Source: Pseudomonadota bacterium (GTDB taxonomy: Bacteria > Pseudomonadota > Alphaproteobacteria > Rickettsiales > RGZB01). From it: DNA of 64,000 bases. The notes beneath the pieces are model-generated. The model ran no database searches. It was not told where the DNA came from and saw only the letters and a list, made by a program, of their open reading frames with translations. A program made the position numbers and the translations under genes. Where the stretch lies: assembly GCA_010031735.1 (NCBI GenBank), contig RGZB01000003.1, positions 2,259-66,258 of the forward strand, written 5' to 3'. How positions within the stretch are numbered: the stretch's first letter is position 1; every line of letters starts with the position of its first letter. This document shows, piece after piece, positions 39,884 to 47,303 of the stretch.

Positions 39884-40369
39884 TTAATATTGCAGTAATT
39901 TCTTCACATCGAGTACGACCATCAGCTTATCTTCAAGCCTGCATACACCGTCTGCGACCGAAGCCCACGCCGGCGCCAGATTAGGCGGTGTCGATTCAAA
40001 CTGGCCCTCGCTTAAGTTCAGTACATCACCGACCGCATCTACGATCAGGCTATAGGGCTCACCTTGGTGATCCACCACTACTTTCATGGTTTTTGAATCG
40101 TCTGTGATCTCCGAAATACCTAGGCGTTTACGCATATCGATCACGGTCACGATCCGACCGCGCAGATTGAGTGCACCCGCCACTTCCGGAGGCGAAAGCG
40201 GGATATGTGTCACCACCTGTTTCTTCAGCACGTCCTGCACGCAGAGCACCGGCAGGCCAAACATCTGCCTATCCACAAACATCGTTACATAACGGCGAGA
40301 CTCCTCAGACATTTGGATGCTCGTCTCCTTTGCTCGCAAAGATACTACATTCGCACGATCAGTCATCAC
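39884..40369 (-). CDS. cheW: Chemotaxis coupling protein
   Basis: 161-aa single CheW-like domain (FGLPVLCVQDV, LNLRGRIVTVIDMRKRLG). Confidence 0.9.
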   Translation of the reverse strand: MMTDRANVVSLRAKETSIQMSEESRRYVTMFVDRQMFGLPVLCVQDVLKKQVVTHIPLSPPEVAGALNLRGRIVTVIDMRKRLGISEITDDSKTMKVVVDHQGEPYSLIVDAVGDVLNLSEGQFESTPPNLAPAWASVADGVCRLEDKLMVVLDVKKLLQY

Positions 40370-43134
40370 GCAGCTCCTGATAAGATAGAGGTAATGGCAT
40401 TCACCAGCTTATTACGGTCGGATTTAGACACGAAGCCCGCAAAACCAGCAGCGACACGCTCACTTTCCGGAATTTTATCGCTGGTATAGGAAGTAAGTGC
40501 GATGATCGGAAGTGCCGAGAGTTTTTGGTCGCCTTTGCATTTCTTAGCAAAATCGATGCCATTCATTCCTGGCATATCGATATCCGTGATGATTGCGTCG
40601 AACTGCTGCTCACGCTTCAGGAGATCGAGGGCTTCCATCGCATCCTCAGCGGTGATCACGTCATATCCTTCCACGACAAGGATAGGTTTCATGAATTTTC
40701 GGAAGAAGGGACTATCATCGACAAGCAGTAAATTCTTGCCCCCCTTCGTACGCACTACTTGTTCTTCATCACCGCTGAAATTCCCTTTAGCCACCAGCCA
40801 ATCGCTGAAGGTTTTGGTGAAATAGTAGCTGATATCCACGAGGTCACAGGTCTCGCCCGCAATCACCATACTGCCAAGGAGTCCATCACCGGTTGCCATG
40901 GATTTGACCTGCATATCTTCTTCAACGATATCCAGGATCTCATCCACCACCAACCCCATCACCTTATCGCCGTCTGCAAATACGATGATCGGAACCATAC
41001 CTTTATTGGGGATGGTGATATTGGCACTCGCCGGCACCAGATGCATCAGATCGCCACGGTACTGAATCACACACTTATTCCCCGCCCATTCCGTTTTCGA
41101 GGCATCCACTTCTTCAAGACGGGAAATCAATTCGAGCGGCACAGCCTTTTTCGAACGATCACCCGCACGGAACAGCATGAATGGTACTTTCTTTTCACCC
41201 GATAAAGCGGCCATATCGACCTTGTCGCGGTGTTTCTTCGGTGCATTCGCATCACCAAGGCGGGAGGCAATACCGTTCGGATCCAAAATCATCACGACGC
41301 TACCATCACCGAGGATCGTCATACCGGAATACACATTGACGCCTTTGAGCGGCGGAGATACAGGCTTCACCACGATCTCTTCTGTATCGAACACCTGGTC
41401 CACTACCAGCCCGAAGCGATGCGAGCCGTGCTCGCATACGACGATGAATTCACTGTCACGCAGCATCTTTTCGGGTTCACTGGTCGTTTTACCCGAGAGC
41501 ATGTCGCGCATGAGCGCAAGCGGCAGCAATGAGCCGCGTAAACGCAATACCAGCGCGTTATTGATGCTTTCGATGATATTGCCTTCTTCTGTTGCCGGAT
41601 CTTCTTCCGCGTCCTTTTTCTTCGCCGTTTTCGCTGCATGGGGATTAAAGCCGCGCACGATTTCCGATACGCGGATCTGCGGAATGGCAAAACGTTCTTT
41701 CGCCACGTCCACGATCAGTACCGACATGATAGCAAGCGTCAGCGGGATTTTGATGGTAAAGATAGAACCCTGCCCTTCGACAGAATCCAGCTCCAATGAG
41801 CCACCAATCTTCTCGATATTGGTCATTACCACATCCATGCCCACGCCGCGGCCAGATACGGCCGTGATCTTCTCTGCTGTCGAGAAACCTGCCTGGAAGA
41901 TGAACTGGAATATCTGTTTCGGCGCCATCGCGTCGACTTCCGCCTGCGATGCGAGTTTGCGTTCTACCGCTTTCTTTTTTACGGCATTCAGATTGATGCC
42001 CTTGCCGTCATCGGAGATCTTGATGATGATATGCCCACCTTCATGGAAGGCGTTCAGCGTGATCGTACCCATCTCCGGTTTGCCGGCGGCCTTACGCACT
42101 TCGGGAACTTCTATGCCATGATCGGCGGAATTGCGCACCATGTGCGTCAGTGGGTCTTTGATCACTTCCAGGAGTTGGCGGTCCAGTTCGGTTTCTGCGC
42201 CTTCCATGCGAAGGTCGATCTTTTTATTGAGTTCGTGCGCAAGATCACGGATCAGACGCGGGAATTTCGCCCAGGCTGTACTGATGGGCTGCATACGTGT
42301 TTTCATTACGCCTTCGTGCAGGTCCGAGGTGATATGGCTTAAGCGCTGGAGCGGTGTGTTGAACGCCGCATTGGTATTATGGCGCGCCACTTGCAGCAAT
42401 TGATTGCGTGTAAGCACGAGCTCGCTCGCCATCTGCATGAGTTCTTCGAGTACTTGCAGACTGACGCGGATACCTTGCTGCGCAGCCACATTTGCAGCTC
42501 CTTTGCCATGGCCATCATCATGTGCTGCTTCGAGTCCTTTGGTAATCGCAGCCGCTTTTGCGCTTTCAGAAATCTTCGGTGCTTCCTCTACCTTTGGCGG
42601 CGGTACCACAGCAGATGTTTCTGCAGGAGCCGCGGCTTGGGGCAGCCAGGGTGCCGGTATCGGCTGGAAATCGATTTCCTGATCAAGGTCTGGCGTTTTC
42701 GCAACCGGAGCAACGGTAGCTGAAGCAGCGGCAGCTGGCGCAGGGGCCGCACCCATCTTTCCTTCCGCACAATCGTTCAAGCGCGCGATAAGCACACCGT
42801 CTTCACCAGCAGGCTCGGTGCCATGTTCGCCCAGATGCGATACCAGTGATTTGATTTGGTCGATCGATTCAAGGATGACCGAGATGACGCCGGTATCCGC
42901 CACCAGTTTACCGTTCCTTACATTGTCGAGTACGTTTTCAGAAGCGTGTGCTACTTTTTCAAGGCGGGAAAGGCCAAGGAAGCCGCATGTACCCTTAATC
43001 GTGTGCATCACACGGAAGATACCGCCGATGACCGCCTGATTATTGGGATCCTGCTCTAACGTCAGGATATCGTTGTCGAGTACCAGGAGATTGTCTGTTG
43101 TCTCCGCCAAGAATTCGCTAATTAGATCATCCAT
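40366..43134 (-). CDS. cheA: Hybrid chemotaxis histidine kinase CheA with extra CheW-like domain and C-terminal receiver
   Basis: 922 aa. It has P1 HPt (FRVMHTIKGTCGFLG), an HATPase region (GRGVGMDVV), a P5 CheW-like domain, a second CheW-like region and a REC domain (LLLVDDS, ITDIDMPGMNG). Confidence 0.9.
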   Translation of the reverse strand: MDDLISEFLAETTDNLLVLDNDILTLEQDPNNQAVIGGIFRVMHTIKGTCGFLGLSRLEKVAHASENVLDNVRNGKLVADTGVISVILESIDQIKSLVSHLGEHGTEPAGEDGVLIARLNDCAEGKMGAAPAPAAAASATVAPVAKTPDLDQEIDFQPIPAPWLPQAAAPAETSAVVPPPKVEEAPKISESAKAAAITKGLEAAHDDGHGKGAANVAAQQGIRVSLQVLEELMQMASELVLTRNQLLQVARHNTNAAFNTPLQRLSHITSDLHEGVMKTRMQPISTAWAKFPRLIRDLAHELNKKIDLRMEGAETELDRQLLEVIKDPLTHMVRNSADHGIEVPEVRKAAGKPEMGTITLNAFHEGGHIIIKISDDGKGINLNAVKKKAVERKLASQAEVDAMAPKQIFQFIFQAGFSTAEKITAVSGRGVGMDVVMTNIEKIGGSLELDSVEGQGSIFTIKIPLTLAIMSVLIVDVAKERFAIPQIRVSEIVRGFNPHAAKTAKKKDAEEDPATEEGNIIESINNALVLRLRGSLLPLALMRDMLSGKTTSEPEKMLRDSEFIVVCEHGSHRFGLVVDQVFDTEEIVVKPVSPPLKGVNVYSGMTILGDGSVVMILDPNGIASRLGDANAPKKHRDKVDMAALSGEKKVPFMLFRAGDRSKKAVPLELISRLEEVDASKTEWAGNKCVIQYRGDLMHLVPASANITIPNKGMVPIIVFADGDKVMGLVVDEILDIVEEDMQVKSMATGDGLLGSMVIAGETCDLVDISYYFTKTFSDWLVAKGNFSGDEEQVVRTKGGKNLLLVDDSPFFRKFMKPILVVEGYDVITAEDAMEALDLLKREQQFDAIITDIDMPGMNGIDFAKKCKGDQKLSALPIIALTSYTSDKIPESERVAAGFAGFVSKSDRNKLVNAITSILSGAA

Positions 43135-43216
43135 GAAAGCCTCTCTTCTTTAAGCCCATGATTAAACTATCTTACTGAAGCCAGACCAAAGCCAACAAAT
43201 ATTACTTAAATAGGTG

Positions 43217-43891
43217 TTAACAAATCGTTTTCTGAGGACATTGTGCCTTTAACTCAACGCTTGCACCTTCCACCTTCACTTGCACCTTCGCTCCCAGCTC
43301 CTGTGCAAACTGGCGTGTCATATAGGGTTGGATATTCTTTACCGATAGTTTTGTACTATCAAAACGCTCCTCAAAAATAGCGTCCACATCTTCATCTTGC
43401 CGTGATTTCAGTGCAGTTCCAAGGACATTTATGTCGATGATACCATCATGCTTGTTGTAGAGTGATACACGGATGGTGGCTTTTCCAATGAGCAACCCTG
43501 CAACCAGCAATACGCCATTGATAAGCAAACGGCGGCCATGGAAATTGAGCGAAGTGACGGCAGCCCCACCGGTAGGAGCCACAAGGCTGCAGTCCGTTTT
43601 GAGATATTGGAAGTAATCCTTGAGGGTGCCTTCCACCTCCTCCACACCGCACTGTCCGCCCCCGCTGATCACACCATACGCCTGGCGGTAGAGCTGCACA
43701 CGGCTTTTAAGCTCCGTAGAGCTCATGCGGAGAAGTTCGGTCGCCTCTCTCTGCATATCGGCATCATCTGCATTCTCACCCATCAATTCCACACCGTTTG
43801 CCATCGCGCTCACGGGTCCTGCCACATCATGCGTGAATTTTGCAGCGACCAGTTCGGCAAGGAGCGTAGGAGGCAAAGTGGAGTTGGTCAT
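43217..43891 (-). CDS. ChpT-like histidine phosphotransferase (PF10090-type)
   Basis: 224 aa. AKFTHDVAGPVSAMANGVELM and LLRMSSTELKSRVQLYRQAYG line up with Caulobacter ChpT ARLCHDFISPASAIVSGLDLL and LIASSARKLADLLQFTRVAFG. The putative phospho-His is His21. It is the first gene of the che operon. Confidence 0.7.
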   Translation of the reverse strand: MTNSTLPPTLLAELVAAKFTHDVAGPVSAMANGVELMGENADDADMQREATELLRMSSTELKSRVQLYRQAYGVISGGGQCGVEEVEGTLKDYFQYLKTDCSLVAPTGGAAVTSLNFHGRRLLINGVLLVAGLLIGKATIRVSLYNKHDGIIDINVLGTALKSRQDEDVDAIFEERFDSTKLSVKNIQPYMTRQFAQELGAKVQVKVEGASVELKAQCPQKTIC

Positions 43892-44026
43892 GACTTATTC
43901 CAAACAGTTAACGGGCCCTGCAAAGCTACTTGCAAACGAAACCCAATAATTTAAACTAGCCAACCTCAAAACATTATTCAATCAACATCATAGAATAGCA
44001 GCTTCAATTCGGCACATGATACAGGC

Positions 44027-44698
44027 ATGATGAAAGCGAACACCCTTCTGGTTGAACGGCTGCAGTTACAGATGCAGCGAAAGAACATCAATGCCCGTGA
44101 ACTTGCAGAACGTGCAGGGCTTGGCCGTTCATTTGTGTATGATGTACTGAGTGGAAAGTCATCGAATCCCACCACACAAAAACTTGCCGCACTTGCAGAC
44201 GTACTGGACTGCAGCATCCTTTATCTCATGGGCGATAGCGATACGCCGAATAAAAGCGAATCCACTCCGAAAGCCGCAGAATCCGTTGTGAACATTGCAT
44301 CCTTGATGGTAGAAAACACCAGCGATGGCGGCACGTTGGTCACGGAAGGTGAAGAGGAAGAGGCTTATTATTTTCGCCTCGCCTGGATCAAGAATAAGCT
44401 CCGTGCAGAACCCACCGATTTACGCATTGTGTTCGTGAGTGATAATCGTATGGAACCCATGTTTTCCAAGGGCGATATGGTGCTCATCAATTTAAAAGAC
44501 CGTGCACCTGAACCCTCCGGCACCTTCATCGTATTTGACGGAGAGAGGCTGTCCGCTCGGGAATTACATTATTCTGGCACGGCTGACGGAAAGAAAATTA
44601 TCGCTTCCACCAAAGACTCCCCCGCCTCTAATGCCACCATGGTTATAAAAGATGCACAGATCGTGGGTCGTGTGGTCTGGCTTTCACGCGAGTTGTAA
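44027..44698 (+). CDS. XRE-family HTH repressor fused to S24 (LexA/CI-like) peptidase domain
   Basis: 223 aa. The N-terminal HTH is INARELAERAGLGRSFVYDVLSGKSSNPTTQKLAALADVL. The C-terminal S24 region has a candidate catalytic Ser in NRMEPMFSKGD, followed by a beta-rich domain ending VGRVVWLSREL. Confidence 0.8.
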   Translation: MMKANTLLVERLQLQMQRKNINARELAERAGLGRSFVYDVLSGKSSNPTTQKLAALADVLDCSILYLMGDSDTPNKSESTPKAAESVVNIASLMVENTSDGGTLVTEGEEEEAYYFRLAWIKNKLRAEPTDLRIVFVSDNRMEPMFSKGDMVLINLKDRAPEPSGTFIVFDGERLSARELHYSGTADGKKIIASTKDSPASNATMVIKDAQIVGRVVWLSREL

Positions 44699-44728
44699 CC
44701 CGCTGATTTCCGCTGATTTTGGCTGACA
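44699..44728 (+). repeat. Three helically phased direct repeats (CCGCTGATTT, CCGCTGATTT, TGGCTGACA)
   Basis: Read directly from the sequence. The GCTGA cores lie at 44702, 44712 and 44722 (10-bp period), immediately after the repressor stop and about 40 nt upstream of an AT-rich promoter-like stretch. Confidence 0.8.
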
Positions 44729-44846
44729 CGTCGTCATCACCTGCGGCACATTCTCCAAAATTATATTCAAATTTTTAGATAATTTTAGGCGTATTAACGT
44801 TTTATTAATCTTTATTTGTTACATTCTAGTTATGAGGACTGAAGCA

Positions 44847-45032
44847 ATGGTAGAAGCGAAAAACAACGATACAAGCGAATTAAAACCCGAGGTGGTCATG
44901 CCAAGGACTGCCTTCACCCTTTTGCTTGAAACGAGCACCGGTGGTGCTTCGGATTACGAGGTTTTACGCTGTGCCATTCTTCAGCGCCTGAAAGAAAAAC
45001 AAGAAACCTCTTTAATGGAGTATCAATCCTAG
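44847..45032 (+). CDS. Hypothetical small protein (61 aa; 66 aa if ATG 44832 is used)
   Basis: GAGGA lies 7 nt upstream of ATG 44847. The ORF is preceded by an AT-rich region at 44760-44830 and followed by a hairpin. No family recognised. Confidence 0.4.
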   Translation: MVEAKNNDTSELKPEVVMPRTAFTLLLETSTGGASDYEVLRCAILQRLKEKQETSLMEYQS

Positions 45033-45063
45033 TTGTAAAACCCTAATTAAAACCCCTCCCCCG

Positions 45064-45098
45064 GAGAGCCGTTTTTCCTTATGTGAAAGACGGCTCTC
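45064..45098 (+). terminator. Stem-loop downstream of the small ORF (possible terminator)
   Basis: A 9-bp stem pairs gagagccgt (45064-45072) with acggctctc (45090-45098) around a 17-nt loop. The following sequence acccttttgaggg contains only a short T run, so this is not a textbook intrinsic terminator. Confidence 0.35.
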
Positions 45099-45208
45099 AC
45101 CCTTTTGAGGGCCTCTGATTGAACTCCGCCACACCTCTGATAGTCTGCATTTCGTGGTAGATTTTCTATACACAATCGTGCATTAAAGATTGTAACCATA
45201 AATCATGC

Positions 45209-46024
45209 GTGAATATCTTGCAAAAGCTCTTATCGTACCGTTTGTTCCTTTTATTCGCGATTTTCCTCAGTGTCGCCGCACCCGAAGGCCGTGCGGAGAA
45301 AACGACCCCGCAACAAGTCTCTCCAGGCATTTCGATTCTTGCCTCTTCAAGCCTCACCGATGTGATGACGGAGTTGATCCGCATTTATTCGCGCAAAAGC
45401 AATGAAACGGCATCCGGTTTTTTCGAATCCCCTGAAGTATTGACCGATATGATCTTGAGTGGCGAATCCGCTGACGTCTATATCTCAGAACACCAGGATT
45501 GGCTGACAAAACTGAAGCAACAAGGGCTGGTTGACGTCTACACCGTAACCAACCTGATGCGTAACCGGCTGGTACTCGCCGCACCGCCGGAGAGCCATCT
45601 GCGCAAAAATATCACCCAAGGGATGCCCATCCGCGAGGCCTTGAAAGACATCAACGAGAAAGCCATTCTCGTGATCCCGGATACAGAAACGGAACCCGCT
45701 GGCATCCAAGCGCAGAAAGTACTCGAGAAACTAGGTTACTGGAAAAAGGTCCAACGCTCCATGCTGCGTGCAGAAACCGACCGTAACGCGCTCTACCTCG
45801 TAGCAAAAGGCAAAAACGCAGGCATTCTTTATTATTCCGATGTGCACAATAACCCCGAAGTGGTTGAGTTAGCCGATTTCCCGGAGAGCATGCATGACCC
45901 TATTGTGTATCAAGCGGCGGTTGTCGCCGGGCTCAATATGCCTAAAGCGCGTAAATTCATTGAGTTTTTAAAGACCGACGAAGCCAAACAAGTATTCCGC
46001 AAATACGGATTCACCGTCGATTAG
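45209..46024 (+). CDS. modA: Molybdate/tungstate-type ABC substrate-binding protein (ModA-like), orphan
   Basis: 271 aa from a GTG start, with signal peptide LFLLFAIFLSVAAPEGRA. ISILASSSLTDVMTEL and the C-terminal KARKFIEFLKTDEAKQVFRKYGF are typical of ModA. No modB or modC lies adjacent. Confidence 0.7.
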   Translation: MNILQKLLSYRLFLLFAIFLSVAAPEGRAEKTTPQQVSPGISILASSSLTDVMTELIRIYSRKSNETASGFFESPEVLTDMILSGESADVYISEHQDWLTKLKQQGLVDVYTVTNLMRNRLVLAAPPESHLRKNITQGMPIREALKDINEKAILVIPDTETEPAGIQAQKVLEKLGYWKKVQRSMLRAETDRNALYLVAKGKNAGILYYSDVHNNPEVVELADFPESMHDPIVYQAAVVAGLNMPKARKFIEFLKTDEAKQVFRKYGFTVD

Positions 46025-46136
46025 CGCTGTAACCAAATTGCCATCCTGCCCGCAATAAAATCCTCAGGGCGCATGTTTATTAATGTTTTAGCAACCTTTT
46101 TCGTTATATAATCGGTGTCTGGATACGGACATACCT

Positions 46137-47189
46137 ATGAAAAAATTCACCATCCCATGCGATTTCGGCGGCTCGAAGTCCCCGTTCGATGTCTATATCG
46201 GCAATCCGAAAAAAGGCAATCATCCGTTACAGAACCAAGCCGCCTGGTTGTCGAAAGAACGCGGTGGCACCATCCCGCCCAAAATCATGGAGAGTTTTGC
46301 CAATCTGCTTGCACTCTCTGAAAAGAAAGGGGTGTCTTTTGAAGAACTGTGTGTCTATGCACTGAATGCGGCAAAAGAAGATCCAGCCAATAACGTAAAA
46401 CCCAAAACACAGTCTGCGCTTTCTACTCCTGCAGCGCCTGCCCAGGCGGCCCCTGCAGCAGCGAAACCAGCAGCACCCGCAGCTGCAAAACCCGTGGCAC
46501 CGCCCGCAGCACCTGCGCAGCCCGTAGCAGCGCAAGCGCCCAAACCTGCGACACCGCCCCCTGCAGCACAATCTACCCCTGCACAAGCAGCCCCGGTCCT
46601 GCCCGCAGCACAGCAACCGTATATGCAACCACCTGCACAGCCGTACATACAGCCGCAGCAGCCCTATCCACAACAGCCCTATTCGATGCCGCCGCAAGGA
46701 TACCCGCAGCAAGGCCAACCGCCTTATAATCCTTATGCGCAACCCTATAATCCCTATGCACCGCAGCAGCCCTATCCGATGCCGCCGCAAGGATACCCCC
46801 CGCAAGGCCATCATCCCTATCCGCCACAACCGCAGTTCGTGCAACAGTACAATACCCCGGTTCCGCCGGTACCGACAACGGCGCCCACGGGAAATACTCC
46901 TGCAGCACCCACTACCCCGCATGCGGGCTACTTCCAACCTATTCCGGCCTCGAGTGCTACCACCGCGGCACCGATGGCACCCAATCCTTACAATACCGGT
47001 TGGCAACAACCTCCACAACAGCAGCAGTATGCCGCAACCGGTTATCCGCCACATAACGTTCCGCCGGCACCGGTCCAACCCCCGCAGCCGGTGGCAACAC
47101 CTAAACCTGCTGCACCAGCCCAAAACACGGCTCCTGCGAAACCTGCAGGTCCTAGTGTAAAACTGCCAAACCCGTTTGCATCCGACTAA
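46137..47189 (+). CDS. Protein with small conserved N-terminal domain (DUF2610-like) and long Ala/Pro/Gln/Tyr-rich low-complexity C-terminus
   Basis: 350 aa. The N-terminus MKKFTIPCDFGGSKSPFDVYIGNPKKGNHPLQNQAAWLSKERGGTIPPKIMESF matches my memory of DUF2610. About 270 aa of low-complexity sequence follow (AAPAAAKPAAPAAAKP, QPYNPYAQPYNPYAPQQPYPMPPQGYP). Confidence 0.6.
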   Translation: MKKFTIPCDFGGSKSPFDVYIGNPKKGNHPLQNQAAWLSKERGGTIPPKIMESFANLLALSEKKGVSFEELCVYALNAAKEDPANNVKPKTQSALSTPAAPAQAAPAAAKPAAPAAAKPVAPPAAPAQPVAAQAPKPATPPPAAQSTPAQAAPVLPAAQQPYMQPPAQPYIQPQQPYPQQPYSMPPQGYPQQGQPPYNPYAQPYNPYAPQQPYPMPPQGYPPQGHHPYPPQPQFVQQYNTPVPPVPTTAPTGNTPAAPTTPHAGYFQPIPASSATTAAPMAPNPYNTGWQQPPQQQQYAATGYPPHNVPPAPVQPPQPVATPKPAAPAQNTAPAKPAGPSVKLPNPFASD

Positions 47190-47200
47190 TGGTCTGAATT

Positions 47201-47221
47201 AAAAGGCATATTATGTCTTTT
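47201..47221 (+). terminator. AT-rich hairpin after the DUF2610-like gene (weak terminator candidate)
   Basis: aaaaggcatattatgtctttt forms a 9-bp stem (one G-U pair) with a 3-nt loop, and its 3' arm ends in a T run. Confidence 0.3.
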
Positions 47222-47303
47222 GTTATGGGATTTCATTCATAATTCTTTAACAATTCGGCGCTATTATGCAGAGGTTAGAAAAGGGATACCTAAAGGATTA
47301 CCT

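Noticed and set aside
40262-40275. DnaA-box-like CTATCCACA inside cheW.
   Set aside because: It is a single imperfect box inside a coding region, with no cluster of boxes or AT-rich unwinding element nearby.
45033-45208. Possible molybdenum-cofactor riboswitch in the 176-nt leader of modA.
   Set aside because: I could not recognise the conserved Moco-motif core or its multi-stem architecture by eye. Only a generic hairpin is present. A covariance-model search would be needed before making any claim.
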